This document shows positions 48,862 to 59,454 of a DNA stretch of 64,000 nucleotides, piece after piece. Source of the stretch: a virus; IMG/VR virus record IMGVR_UViG_3300023296_001674; one strand, 5' to 3'. The stretch's first letter is position 1; each line of letters opens with the position of its first letter. Position numbers and translations under genes: made by a program. A model generated the notes under the pieces. The model made no database searches. It saw nothing but the letters and a program-made list of their open reading frames with translations, and was not told the DNA's origin.

Positions 48862-49959
48862 ATGACATTCGATCCTACCTCATTAATAAAAGGTATAACA
48901 AAAACACTAAACATTCCTGTTGGCTTTTCCGATCCAAAAATTTGGATTGATACAGGAAACTATGCATTAAATCGATTAATAAGTGGTGATTATTTTAAAG
49001 GTGTTCCACTTAGTAAAGTGACAATGCTTGCTGGTGAACAAAGCGCTGGTAAATCATTGATTGCTGCTAGTGTTATGAAAACAGCACAGAAACAACATGA
49101 CGCATTCGTTATATTGTTAGATTCAGAAGGTGCGGGTGATGAACAATGGTTAATTAATGCCGGTGTTGATACCGATCCTAATAAATTTATTCGCGTTCCG
49201 GTATTCACTGTTACAACATGTACTGAAACGGTTGCTATGACAATTAAAGAATTATTAACTAGATATCCAGAAAAAGCAGTATTGATTGTTCTCGATTCGG
49301 TTGGTATGCTAGAAACTGAATCTGGTCAAGAAAAATTCTTGGCGGGTAAAACACCCGGCGACCAAGGTCAATTAGCTAAACAATTGAAAAAATTCATTAA
49401 AGGTTGCATTTTTGCAGCAGAACAAAAGAATATTGGATTTTTATGCACCAATCACACTTATGATTCTATGGATATGTTTAATCCAGATGCTAAAATAACA
49501 GGTGGTAATGGTGTGATATATGCTAGTTCTATTGTTATTGCATTAAAGAAAAAGAAACTCAAAGATACAAAAACCGAAAAAGTGTTAGAAAAATATAGAA
49601 CTGAGACTATTACAGGTGTTCATGGTATTAATACAGAAGCATTGGTATATAAGTCAAGATTTAGTAAACCATTTGAAAAAACCACTATCACTATTCCTTG
49701 GACTACCGGCATTGATCCATATAGTGGATTGTTGCAGTTGTTTGAACAGGATGGATTAATCAAACAACCAGGAACAAAAATGGTTTATACTGATAAAAAA
49801 GGCGTTGAGCATAAATACTTCCGAAAAGATATGCCAAATGAACTTCTTGATCAAATTATGAACGAAAATCCGGTTGTAATGTCTAAAGATGAAGAAATTG
49901 AAGCAGCGAGAAGAGAGTTGGCATTAGAACAAGAAGCTTTAAATGACGAGGATGATTAA
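48862..49959 (+). CDS. uvsX: RecA-like recombinase UvsX
   Basis: IDTGNYALN, AGEQSAGKS, LDSE, VLDSVG, TNHTY, GGNG, KSRF. Confidence 0.9.
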   Translation: MTFDPTSLIKGITKTLNIPVGFSDPKIWIDTGNYALNRLISGDYFKGVPLSKVTMLAGEQSAGKSLIAASVMKTAQKQHDAFVILLDSEGAGDEQWLINAGVDTDPNKFIRVPVFTVTTCTETVAMTIKELLTRYPEKAVLIVLDSVGMLETESGQEKFLAGKTPGDQGQLAKQLKKFIKGCIFAAEQKNIGFLCTNHTYDSMDMFNPDAKITGGNGVIYASSIVIALKKKKLKDTKTEKVLEKYRTETITGVHGINTEALVYKSRFSKPFEKTTITIPWTTGIDPYSGLLQLFEQDGLIKQPGTKMVYTDKKGVEHKYFRKDMPNELLDQIMNENPVVMSKDEEIEAARRELALEQEALNDEDD

Positions 49960-50201
49960 TGTCAAAAGTTGATTTAGAAGAAGTATTTTTTGATTTTTTT
50001 GATGCAGCGAAATCACACATATCAGACGCAGATCAATTATCATTATGTATAGATATGATAAGAAATCTCGAAGATGGTGGGCACGAATTAGGTGTATTAA
50101 AAGGTCATGATGATATAGTAGATGAAGCACTTAGTGAAGTATTTCCAGATTTATATGATGATGATGAAGAAGTTAATGTCGATGACGAGGGTGAATATTA
50201 A
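49959..50201 (+). CDS. Small acidic hypothetical protein
   Basis: TAATG overlaps in uvsX-uvsY operon. Confidence 0.65.
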   Translation: MSKVDLEEVFFDFFDAAKSHISDADQLSLCIDMIRNLEDGGHELGVLKGHDDIVDEALSEVFPDLYDDDEEVNVDDEGEY

Positions 50202-50668
50202 TGAATAAATGGTTTACTTCCATTGTGATAAATGAGGACGTTTCTAAAGTATCAGATGCAGTTCAATATTTTGAGCAAGAAATGGTGGAAGCTAAAGCAG
50301 AATGTGATATATCAGGAAGTCTAGAGCAAGCATCTGCTAGACTTCCTGGTTATTTTCAATATAGATATAGCCAACTCCAAGAACTTGAAGGGATATTGGA
50401 ATATCTCAATATAGAACTAAAAAAACTGCGTTCTATAAGTTTTAGAGAATATAAAGAAAAGTATGATACTAGTTTGACTGCCTCTGCGATTGAAAAATAT
50501 ATCGATGGTGAGCCAGATGTTGTCGCATGGTCGAAAGAAATAAATAAAGTTGCACTGATTAGAAATCAATATATTGGTGTTACTAAAAGTATGGATATGA
50601 AAAACTTTCAAATCGGTCACGTAACTAAACTAAGGGCAATGGGTATAGAAGACGCGTTTTTACAATAA
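50201..50668 (+). CDS. uvsY: Recombination mediator UvsY-like
   Basis: AIEKYIDGE...RNQYIGVTKSMDMKNFQIGHVTKLR; synteny. Confidence 0.75.
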   Translation: MNKWFTSIVINEDVSKVSDAVQYFEQEMVEAKAECDISGSLEQASARLPGYFQYRYSQLQELEGILEYLNIELKKLRSISFREYKEKYDTSLTASAIEKYIDGEPDVVAWSKEINKVALIRNQYIGVTKSMDMKNFQIGHVTKLRAMGIEDAFLQ

Positions 50669-50696
50669 ATACTTATAGTAAGATCGAGGATTTAAA

Positions 50697-51059
50697 ATGC
50701 AAGTTACTATAAAATCTCTGGGTGTCATATTTGGCACCATTGTTGCAGCCGCAGGTGTAATAACTGCCGCATATAATTTTGTTATATGGGTTGATGATAT
50801 ATATGTAGACAACCACGAGTTGGAGATCATGATAGATGGTCAAACTGACATTCTTAATATAATGAATGATAATATCATTAATGTAGGGTCGGCTATATAT
50901 GATAGGAAGATCGATGAAATAGACCAGTGGATTAAAGATTTGTCCACACGTGAGAATATGAACAATGCCGAAAGTGCGTTCTTGATTACATTAAAAGAAC
51001 AGCGCATTGACGTTCTAGCCAAAAAGGCACAATTGAGTAAAATACAAGTGGGTTTTTGA
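50697..51059 (+). CDS. Membrane-anchored coiled-coil protein
   Basis: N-terminal hydrophobic helix; ATAAATA upstream. Confidence 0.55.
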   Translation: MQVTIKSLGVIFGTIVAAAGVITAAYNFVIWVDDIYVDNHELEIMIDGQTDILNIMNDNIINVGSAIYDRKIDEIDQWIKDLSTRENMNNAESAFLITLKEQRIDVLAKKAQLSKIQVGF

Positions 51060-51060
51060 T

Positions 51061-51366
51061 ATGATTAAAAATATTTTATTTTGGGTAATTTTAAGTTCAT
51101 TTATAACTGTTGGAACTGTGCATGCAGAAAAATCCAACACTACCGATATTGAAAAATGTTTATCCGAAAATGATGCAGAACGCGAAAAATTAAAATGTGT
51201 GAGCAAAGTAATAAGCAAACAACTGAAAAAAATACCAAAAATTGATGTTACCAGAAAACTAAAAGATGCGGTTAGAAATCTTGGTGATACATTGAATAAG
51301 CCTATTCAAGTTCCGATGGGTGTTAGAAAAAGCCAAGATGTAAGACAACAACAGTATATAAAATAA
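51061..51366 (+). CDS. Secreted small protein (signal peptide)
   Basis: MIKNILFWVILSSFITVGTVHA signal-like; Cys pair. Confidence 0.55.
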   Translation: MIKNILFWVILSSFITVGTVHAEKSNTTDIEKCLSENDAEREKLKCVSKVISKQLKKIPKIDVTRKLKDAVRNLGDTLNKPIQVPMGVRKSQDVRQQQYIK

Positions 51367-51370
51367 CAAA

Positions 51371-51400
51371 TTGACTTTATACTGTGTTTTTTAGTATAAT
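51371..51400 (+). promoter_or_regulatory. Sigma70-type promoter for uvsW
   Basis: TTGACT-18-TATAAT. Confidence 0.7.
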
Positions 51401-51429
51401 AACACTATAAAAACAATATTGGTAAAGTA

Positions 51430-52899
51430 ATGAGTAAACCCTGTACATTAAAAATACTTGATGAAGTAAATATAAAATTTGACGGATTGACTGGACCCGA
51501 AGGGGCTACTGTTCGTCGTAAAATGGTGAATGCACTTAAGTTTGAAGTTCCTGGCGCAAGATTCATGCCAGCGGTTAAACTTGGTAGGTGGGACGGTAAA
51601 GAAAGTTTTTGCACCGTTGGTGGCTCAAGTTTCATAAATGCATTAGAAATATTAATTCCTATCGTTGAAGGTGCGGGATATGATATCGCGTTAGAGGATT
51701 ATAGATCAGCAACAACATATGAATTTGATCCAATTGATGAGAATATGTTCAGTCATGTGAAATGGCCCGAAGGGCATCCGGCTGAAGGCACACCCATCGT
51801 GTTGCGTGATTATCAAGTAAATTGTATCAATGAATATTTAGATAATACACAATGCATTCAAGAAATATCAACCGCTGCTGGTAAAACAATTATAACGGCG
51901 GGTTTGAGCCATATTGTCGAACGTGAAACCGGTGGAAGAACTGTTATTATCGTTCCAAATAAATCACTAGTGGGTCAAACCGAAGAAGATTATTTAAACG
52001 TGGGTTTAGATGTTGGTGTATATTTCGGTGATCGTAAAGATATAGGTAAACAGCACACTATTTGCACATGGCAAAGTTTGGAAGTATTAGCAAAGAAGGG
52101 TTCGATAGATGGTTTAAATCTTATTGAAGCATTTTTGGATAATGTCAAGTGTGTCATAGTTGACGAGTGTCATGCAGCAAAAGCAAAAGTTTTAAAGAAA
52201 CTTCTAACTGAATCATTTAATCATGTTCCTATTCGATGGGGACTAACTGGAACCATACCAGAAGAAGAGCACCAACAACTCATTTTGACTTTTTGTATTG
52301 GTGATATGATAAATCAATTAACGGCAAAAGAACTTCAAGATATAGGCGCATTATCTATGTGTCACATCAATATTGTCCAAACACAAGACAGTGGTGAATA
52401 TAAAACATATCCAGAGGAATTAAAGTATTTGGTATCTGAACCAGCAAGGATGAAATTCATTGCTGGCTCAATCACACGTATTATAGAAACAGGTAATACG
52501 TTGATATTGGTTGACCGATTAAAGGCTGGTGAATTATTAGAAGAATTTATCGATGATTCAGTGTTTTTAAGTGGCGCTGACAAGACTGCTGTTAGAAAAG
52601 AAGAATTTGATAAAATAAATAAAGCAGATAATGGTGTAGTTATTGCTACTTATGGTATTGCATCTACGGGTATTAACATACCAAGAATATTTAACTTGGT
52701 TATGATTGAACCTGGAAAAAGTTATATTCGCGTGATACAATCCATTGGTAGAGGTATTCGTACAGCCAAAGATAAAGATTTTGTAGATGTTTGGGATTTT
52801 ACAAGTTCATTGAAATTTTCTAAACGCCATCTTACAAAAAGAAAATCATATTATAAAAAAGTTAATTATCCATTCACAGTAACAAAGGTAAAATATTAA
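51430..52899 (+). CDS. uvsW: SF2 helicase UvsW-like
   Basis: LRDYQ, TAAGKT, VDECH, GLTGT, STGINIP, QSIGRGIR. Confidence 0.92.
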   Translation: MSKPCTLKILDEVNIKFDGLTGPEGATVRRKMVNALKFEVPGARFMPAVKLGRWDGKESFCTVGGSSFINALEILIPIVEGAGYDIALEDYRSATTYEFDPIDENMFSHVKWPEGHPAEGTPIVLRDYQVNCINEYLDNTQCIQEISTAAGKTIITAGLSHIVERETGGRTVIIVPNKSLVGQTEEDYLNVGLDVGVYFGDRKDIGKQHTICTWQSLEVLAKKGSIDGLNLIEAFLDNVKCVIVDECHAAKAKVLKKLLTESFNHVPIRWGLTGTIPEEEHQQLILTFCIGDMINQLTAKELQDIGALSMCHINIVQTQDSGEYKTYPEELKYLVSEPARMKFIAGSITRIIETGNTLILVDRLKAGELLEEFIDDSVFLSGADKTAVRKEEFDKINKADNGVVIATYGIASTGINIPRIFNLVMIEPGKSYIRVIQSIGRGIRTAKDKDFVDVWDFTSSLKFSKRHLTKRKSYYKKVNYPFTVTKVKY

Positions 52900-53408
52900 T
52901 GTTCGTTTTAACGCCAGAAAATACCAGTTTAGAAACATCGCTGATGCCAAATAAACTCAATAAAGATGTGGATATGCGATATTGTGTCCTTGATTACACT
53001 GAACCTGAGTTTATTGATTATAGATTTCCGATTGTAGCGTGGTTGGATGAATATGGCAAATCATCTATCGAACTACAAATAGGTGGATATACTATACAAG
53101 CGCCCACTAATTGGTCTATTTTAATAGGCGATGAAGACAGCGAGAATATGGAATTATTACCAGTTCTCGGTTTTCATGGACGTGATTTTAAAGCATTTAC
53201 GTTTAATCCATGCGCGGGTTATATGATTAAATTTATGCCTATTGAAGAAATGAATATATATGAAAAAATAACATGGAACATACCAAATTTGCATCCGACT
53301 TATATGATAGCAATACCATTGCATGGTGGTGAAAATCCACCGTGTGTATTTTTTGCTGAAACTAAAAATAAACTACCAGAGTTGATAGATATATCTGATG
53401 TGATGTAA
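52899..53408 (+). CDS. Hypothetical protein downstream of uvsW
   Basis: 169-aa ORF, TAATG overlap. Confidence 0.7.
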   Translation: MFVLTPENTSLETSLMPNKLNKDVDMRYCVLDYTEPEFIDYRFPIVAWLDEYGKSSIELQIGGYTIQAPTNWSILIGDEDSENMELLPVLGFHGRDFKAFTFNPCAGYMIKFMPIEEMNIYEKITWNIPNLHPTYMIAIPLHGGENPPCVFFAETKNKLPELIDISDVM

Positions 53409-53436
53409 AAAAAGGGAGGCAAAAGCCTCCCTTTTT
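53407..53436. terminator. Bidirectional terminator between convergent genes
   Basis: aaaaaaagggaggc-aaaa-gcctcccttttt. Confidence 0.88.
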
Positions 53437-53455
53437 ACGTTTATTGTAATAACAA

Positions 53456-54571
53456 TTAGGCAGATTGTAGATCAGCTTCGCCTGTTACGGCTGCGGCTAC
53501 ATCTAATTTCCACGAATATGTATTACCTTCCCATGTTTTAACAACATGTTGTAATATAGTTTTTGCATGTTCTGTTCCAACACCTTCAATAGTGATCTGA
53601 TCATCAATAGCATGACCAGTACCAGCAGTATCAATAGTCATGCCAGTAATGTCACCAGTACCACCAACCGAAGCAACAGATAATGTACCATTTCCTCCAG
53701 TTACAGATACAACAGCACCAGTAGTATAACCAGTACCAGCAGTATCAATAGTAAGAGCATTAATACCCCAAGATACAGTTAATGTTGCACCAGAACCACC
53801 ACCTGCGGTTGAAGTAGCGGATGGGTTTATAGGAAGAACGGTATATACTCCAGCAGCACCGTCAGCTACATCAAAAATACCTTGAGTAGCAGTTTCCATT
53901 GTCATATCAAACAGAATGTTGTCACCTGTTCCACTTAACTGTGAAGCGAATGAAACAACTTGGGTGTCACCAACAATACCAGATGTAGATGCTGTCAATA
54001 CTGTAAATTCAGTTACATCACCGTTGCCATCAATTGCGTCAACACGAACAGTTGAACCATCATCCATTGTATATACATCGAGTACTACAGAAGCTGTTCC
54101 GCCACCTGCATCACCACCAGTAAATACACTGAAATCAGCTTCAGTTTGTCCAGCAACAGTGGAAATATCATTAACAGTCCATCCCGCTGCAACTGAAAAT
54201 GTACCGCCTGCATTTGTATCTATTGCATCGCCTACATTATATCCTGATCCGGTTGTTGTAACAACAGCGGATGCAGCACTCAAATTAAGAATGCTAACTT
54301 CCGCAGTACCATCACCAGCAGATACGCCGAATACGGATACGTCCAGTTGTGCTTCTCCAACTGCTGAAGGATCAGCTAATTGTAGTTTTGCTCTACCAGT
54401 TCTAGTTGGCGTTGAACCACCAACCACACTAGCTAGAGTATAAGTTCTACTGCCCGGTTGGTCCATGATCCAACATAGTTCTGTACCCGCGCCGATATCA
54501 GCTAGCACTTGAAGCTGATTATTAGATTGGCTAGTATTGCCAAAATTTTGTTTTCTTAAAGGTCTTCCCAT
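53456..54571 (-). CDS. Gly/Thr-rich virion structural/appendage protein
   Basis: MGRPL N-terminus; repeated TIDTAGTG(Y/H) beta motifs; AGGAG SD; minus-strand ATAAATA at ~54632. Confidence 0.7.
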   Translation of the reverse strand: MGRPLRKQNFGNTSQSNNQLQVLADIGAGTELCWIMDQPGSRTYTLASVVGGSTPTRTGRAKLQLADPSAVGEAQLDVSVFGVSAGDGTAEVSILNLSAASAVVTTTGSGYNVGDAIDTNAGGTFSVAAGWTVNDISTVAGQTEADFSVFTGGDAGGGTASVVLDVYTMDDGSTVRVDAIDGNGDVTEFTVLTASTSGIVGDTQVVSFASQLSGTGDNILFDMTMETATQGIFDVADGAAGVYTVLPINPSATSTAGGGSGATLTVSWGINALTIDTAGTGYTTGAVVSVTGGNGTLSVASVGGTGDITGMTIDTAGTGHAIDDQITIEGVGTEHAKTILQHVVKTWEGNTYSWKLDVAAAVTGEADLQSA

Positions 54572-54696
54572 AATATATCTCTCCTATAATTCGTCCGGTA
54601 TTTAACTCCTAGACTTCGATTATGTTATAGTTATTTATTGAATATCATCTCGATTTGCTATACAATGCTATGATAATAAGTATAAATGGATGAAAA

Positions 54697-55203
54697 ATGG
54701 CAGAAAAGAAAAAATATAAACTAGATTTGTATAATAAATTTTTACCCGCTATAATGCGACGTGATGTTAATATATACAGTAAACTCAGCGACGAAGAACG
54801 TAAAGGATTTGCAGATATTGTTGCATTGCGCACGATGAGCAGTGCAAAAACGAATGACGTGGATATATTAACATATTTAATACTAACTGCCAATAGCGTT
54901 AATAAACATATGTGGAACTCCGCCTTTAAGGGTCATGATGAATTAAAAATGATGACATTTGCGGCTGCTGGCCCTGTCGTTCCTGTAGAATTCGAATACA
55001 TCGCAGCAAAAAGAAAAAAAACGATAAGTCCTAAAGTATTAGACGTTCTTAAGAGATATTATCCAACCGCAAGTGAAAGTGAGTTGAAAATGTTTATAGA
55101 CATCAATGATGCTGCTGATTTAATAGAAATAGGTTTAATGCTTGGTATGCAGAAAGATAAAATGACAGTTTACAAAAAAGAGGTTAAAAAGTTAAAGAAA
55201 TAA
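54697..55203 (+). CDS. Probable clamp-loader small subunit (gp62-like)
   Basis: Helical; FEYIAAK...VLKRYYP.AS.SE pattern. Confidence 0.45.
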   Translation: MAEKKKYKLDLYNKFLPAIMRRDVNIYSKLSDEERKGFADIVALRTMSSAKTNDVDILTYLILTANSVNKHMWNSAFKGHDELKMMTFAAAGPVVPVEFEYIAAKRKKTISPKVLDVLKRYYPTASESELKMFIDINDAADLIEIGLMLGMQKDKMTVYKKEVKKLKK

Positions 55204-55212
55204 CTGATTATT

Positions 55213-55926
55213 ATGGCTAAAGAAGGATTTATAATGACAAATGTTGATAAATATAAGTGTAATTTTTGCGACAGAGAATTTGTTCGCGAAAGAACGCTTA
55301 TTAGTCATATGTGCGAAACCAAACGCCGACATTTTAATAAAAGTGAACGATATGCGCAAATAGGGCTTGAAGCATGGAAGACATTTTACCGATTGACTGG
55401 TTCTGATGGTGGTAAAGATAAAACTTATAGTGATTTTATGAAATCACGTTATTATATAGCATTTATCAAGTTCGGCAAGCACGTTTTGGCAACCAATATG
55501 GTAAATCAATCACAATTTATACCATTTGTTATTAAAAATCATATAAAACTCGATGATTGGTGCAAAGATTCAATATATGAAGAATATACAAGAACGGTAT
55601 GTCGTCGTGAAGATGTTTATACCGCGATGGAACGTCAAGTAAAGATAATGACCGATTGGGCAGATGAAAATGGTGAAGAATGGTTTGATTATTTCAAAAA
55701 AATACCACCCGGAACTGCATATAAGATGATTACATCGGGTAGACTAAGTCCGTGGTTGTTATTAAACAGTAATTTAGTAGAAACAGAGTTATTTCCCCGA
55801 TTATCAGATGAACAATTTGTTCATATCGCAGATTTTATAAATTTTGACTACTGGCGTATTAAAATGAAGAATGAAGAAGAAGATTTAGCGTTTGTAACAG
55901 AATTTATAAAGGAATGTGAACTATGA
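55213..55926 (+). CDS. C2H2/C2HC zinc-finger-containing protein
   Basis: YKCNFCDREFVRERTLISHMCE; GRLSPW. Confidence 0.65.
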   Translation: MAKEGFIMTNVDKYKCNFCDREFVRERTLISHMCETKRRHFNKSERYAQIGLEAWKTFYRLTGSDGGKDKTYSDFMKSRYYIAFIKFGKHVLATNMVNQSQFIPFVIKNHIKLDDWCKDSIYEEYTRTVCRREDVYTAMERQVKIMTDWADENGEEWFDYFKKIPPGTAYKMITSGRLSPWLLLNSNLVETELFPRLSDEQFVHIADFINFDYWRIKMKNEEEDLAFVTEFIKECEL

Positions 55927-56258
55927 TATCAGAAAAACAGATGAAAGCGGTTAGAAAAATAATGTATAGAGATGACGATGATGATAAATCAAAATCATCT
56001 AAAAAAAAGATAAATGAAATAAAAATAACAGGCTCATCAAGGGCTGTCATGATAGAAAGTGGTGGTGTTAAGCATCAATTACCTACAATGGCTTCTGTAT
56101 CACAGTTAATTGAGCAATGTAGAACACAAAAAAATGCATTAACTGACGCACAATCAAATATTAAGAAATTAACTGAAACTATTAAGAAAATGGATTCGGC
56201 ATTAAAAGAAGTTGAACGTGAATTGACCACAAAAGCGGATATGTATGATTCGAAATGA
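55923..56258 (+). CDS. Hypothetical coiled-coil protein
   Basis: ATGA overlaps at both ends. Confidence 0.6.
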   Translation: MISEKQMKAVRKIMYRDDDDDKSKSSKKKINEIKITGSSRAVMIESGGVKHQLPTMASVSQLIEQCRTQKNALTDAQSNIKKLTETIKKMDSALKEVERELTTKADMYDSK

Positions 56259-56869
56259 AAATAAGAAATGCTGATACTGACATTGACATTGATTTTCAAG
56301 ACCCTACAAAGGCGCTTGAAGGATTAAGCCACATTCGTGCTATATTAACGGATGATGATGGCAATGTTAGACCGCATGTATCTGGTGTGTATTTTCAAGA
56401 GGTGCCATATGATCCAATAACGGGTTTATGTAGTTTAGAATCAAAAGATGCAGAAGCGCGTGGATATTTTAAGTTAGATTTTCTTCATGTTCATCAATAT
56501 GATGGAATAAAAAGCGAAGAGCATCTAACATCGTTGATGCATGCTGAACCAATTTGGGAAATGCTCGAAGATGAATTTTTTGTAAAGCAGTTATCACAAA
56601 TACATAGGCATTTTGAAATAATTTCGTCGTATGCACCAAGAACGATAATGCAGTTGGCTATGGTGTTAGGGATGATACGTCCAGCAAAGAGACATTTGTT
56701 GGGTGAAGAATTTGATATAGTTGAAAAGACGATATGGGATAAGCCAGAAGAAGGCGACGAAGGTTATGAATTCAGAAAAAGTTTTTTTAAGAAACCTCAC
56801 TCCGTCAGTTATGCATACGGAATTGTAGTTCAAATGAATTTATTAGTGGAGAATGGTGATATAAATTAA
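56255..56869 (+). CDS. Minimal DnaE (Pol III alpha)-like protein, palm core only
   Basis: DTDIDIDF, HVSGVY, GYFKLDFL, LGMIRP, FKKPHSVSYA in 204 aa. Confidence 0.8.
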   Translation: MKIRNADTDIDIDFQDPTKALEGLSHIRAILTDDDGNVRPHVSGVYFQEVPYDPITGLCSLESKDAEARGYFKLDFLHVHQYDGIKSEEHLTSLMHAEPIWEMLEDEFFVKQLSQIHRHFEIISSYAPRTIMQLAMVLGMIRPAKRHLLGEEFDIVEKTIWDKPEEGDEGYEFRKSFFKKPHSVSYAYGIVVQMNLLVENGDIN

Positions 56870-57243
56870 TCCATTGGTCGAATAAGTTGTATTTTTTTTC
56901 TTTTTATTCGTTTCTGGAAATTCTCTTCAAGATTGATGAGTGGCCCCATGATATCCGTAACATCTTTCATTGGTAGACACTTTAATGTGCTTTTATATGG
57001 CTTCATTTCAATTCTTAGGAATATGTTAATAGGTATAAGGTGATTGCTTTCTTCCCACCATAGTTTACCAAGTTCTAAAAAGTGTTTTTTATCTTTTTCT
57101 TCTTTTAATTTGTTATAAGTGTAAAGACTGATTAACTTATTATCAGAATTTATTATAATACCAATCAAATCTTCTTCTGCGAACGTCAAACATGTTAAAT
57201 ATGGATGTTTGTTGTTAAGTTTTTCAAATTCTTCTGGTGTCAT
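56866..57243 (-). CDS. Hypothetical protein
   Basis: FLELGKLWWEESNHLIPINIFL; AGGA SD; CTAAATA upstream on minus strand. Confidence 0.7.
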   Translation of the reverse strand: MTPEEFEKLNNKHPYLTCLTFAEEDLIGIIINSDNKLISLYTYNKLKEEKDKKHFLELGKLWWEESNHLIPINIFLRIEMKPYKSTLKCLPMKDVTDIMGPLINLEENFQKRIKRKKIQLIRPMD

Positions 57244-57374
57244 ATATAAGTCCTGTGGTATAATATATAGTTAACGCTATGGTTTTATTTAGTAAATTAA
57301 AAATAGGTGTTTATAAATGATATTTTTATTACTAACCGACGTGAATTAATTATGAAGAAAAAGGACGAATATTA

Positions 57375-58475
57375 ATGAAAGTACCATTTATTGATTTAGG
57401 TAGAGCATTTAAAAAACATCGCAAAGAATATATGGATATTGCCGAATCTGCATGGGAAAACGGAATGATAGTTGGTGGTAAATATGTAGAAGAATTTGAG
57501 AATAATATATCTTCTATGTGTATGCGGAAATATGGTATAGCGGTTGCATCTTGCACTGATGCATTATATTTTTCATTATTAGCCAACAATATCGGTGTGG
57601 GCGATGAAGTAATAGTGACCTCACATTCATTTGTGGCATCTGCGTCGTGTATATTGAAAGTAGGGGCAACACCAGTGTTTATGGATATTGAATTGGATAC
57701 ATTTATGATTGATCCAGATAACATCAAAGAATATATAACTGATCACACAAAGGCAATAATTGCTGTTCATTTGTATGGTCAGTCATTGCCTATACAAAAA
57801 ATAGAAAACATTGCTGCTGCCCATTCATTAATTTTAATAGAAGATGCCGCCCAATCGTTGGGAGCAATGTATGATAATCGTCCAGTTGGTAGCATGGGTG
57901 ATATTAGTTGCATTAGTTTTGATTCATTAAAGACGTTGGGATCGTTTGGTAACGGCGGAATGTTATTAACTGATGATGATACCAGTGTTGATATATTAAA
58001 ATCATTAGGAAATCATGGTAAAATACCTAATAATAACAACGAGAAACATCATTATGTTGGCGGAAGAAGTGTAATGACGAGCGCAGAAGCAGGTATGTTA
58101 AATCGCCGTTTGGTTGATTTCGGTTCAGATGTTATCGATAGAACCAGAATTGCGAACATATATAATGATGGATTAAGCAATATAAAATCTATAATAACCC
58201 CGCAAAGTAATAAAGGATCACACACGTGGCACAAATATGTGATTATGGTTGAAGAATTGGAAGAACTTAATTCATTTTTATTATTGAATGATATAGGAAC
58301 TAGAACATGGCATACACCTTTATATAGAGAACCAATATTTGATCGTTTTATAAAATCAGTATGTCCAAATGCAGAGTTAATATCGACTCGAATATTGGGA
58401 TTACCTATATTTGCGGAAATGACAAAAAACGAAGCCGAATATGTCGTTGAAATTATTTCCGAATTTTATCATTAA
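57375..58475 (+). CDS. DegT/DnrJ/EryC1/StrS PLP-dependent sugar aminotransferase
   Basis: VGDEVIV, VHLYGQ, IEDAAQSLGA, SFDSLKTLG..GNGG (catalytic Lys). Confidence 0.92.
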   Translation: MKVPFIDLGRAFKKHRKEYMDIAESAWENGMIVGGKYVEEFENNISSMCMRKYGIAVASCTDALYFSLLANNIGVGDEVIVTSHSFVASASCILKVGATPVFMDIELDTFMIDPDNIKEYITDHTKAIIAVHLYGQSLPIQKIENIAAAHSLILIEDAAQSLGAMYDNRPVGSMGDISCISFDSLKTLGSFGNGGMLLTDDDTSVDILKSLGNHGKIPNNNNEKHHYVGGRSVMTSAEAGMLNRRLVDFGSDVIDRTRIANIYNDGLSNIKSIITPQSNKGSHTWHKYVIMVEELEELNSFLLLNDIGTRTWHTPLYREPIFDRFIKSVCPNAELISTRILGLPIFAEMTKNEAEYVVEIISEFYH

Positions 58476-59331
58476 GGCGACTTATTACATCATAATTGAT
58501 GCTATTCCATGTTTGTTTTAGTGATTTGCTTTGCGATTCGGTAAAATCTTCTACGATTAATCCGTATTGTTCTAGTTGATTTTCTACTTCTATTTTTATA
58601 TTATTATTGACGAATTGGCTTTCTAAATATGAATAATCAGAAATATCAGACAATCGCGTTGGATTGTTTTTATTATTAAATCCATGCAATGCTCCAGCGC
58701 GTGCACCGGATATACTGTATTCACCATATGTTTCATCCATGCCTATGCTGCACCATATGAATAGTCTACTATGTGTAACGGGTTCACTCGCAGCCCAATC
58801 TTTATTGGTTTGTATATACATGTTGGTTCCGCTAGCTAATTTTGATGCTTCGCGAAATGCTGATCTCCATGTTAATTTTGGTGATCTATTAAAGTTAGAT
58901 GTTGTTGCACACTCTTCTTGTATTACCACACCTTCTGTTCCTGCATTTAATGTAAAATCGACAACATTGGTATTTGTAAATTTTTGAACTAATGCTTTTG
59001 GAAACATATGTATTGATCCATATCCATATATTAATCCATTAACTGGATTCAATGATCTCCATACGTGTACACGTTGGTCGCCGTTATAAAAATCTACGGC
59101 TTCAAATGAGAAATTCGGATTCAACACCGCGTCAGCATCCATTGTTATAAAATAATCAGTTTCGCATATATCAGCGGCTTTCTTCCAAGCGTTGGCTATT
59201 CCATCGACACCATGTACCCGTTTTGCGTTTGGTACTATTTTTGTTAATTTGTTAAATCCTTCATCGGCATATTCTTCATCGTATGACATGTATATGAAGT
59301 CGACAGGTATATTATTATTGATTTTTACCAT
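58453..59331 (-). CDS. Glycosyltransferase-like (GT-A) protein
   Basis: MSYDE, RVHGVDG, MDADA (DxD), NPVNGLIYGYG, WRSAFRE; own sigma70 promoter at 59387-59358. Confidence 0.7.
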   Translation of the reverse strand: MVKINNNIPVDFIYMSYDEEYADEGFNKLTKIVPNAKRVHGVDGIANAWKKAADICETDYFITMDADAVLNPNFSFEAVDFYNGDQRVHVWRSLNPVNGLIYGYGSIHMFPKALVQKFTNTNVVDFTLNAGTEGVVIQEECATTSNFNRSPKLTWRSAFREASKLASGTNMYIQTNKDWAASEPVTHSRLFIWCSIGMDETYGEYSISGARAGALHGFNNKNNPTRLSDISDYSYLESQFVNNNIKIEVENQLEQYGLIVEDFTESQSKSLKQTWNSINYDVISRLNDKIRK

Positions 59332-59454
59332 GATAATCCTTATAATGAATAATCTATATTATAACATAAATATTAATATCAAGTCAATAAGGATATTGAT
59401 TAGAATAGTATCAGTTATGCTAAATAGTAGTAGAAATATTATGGAATAAGTGAA

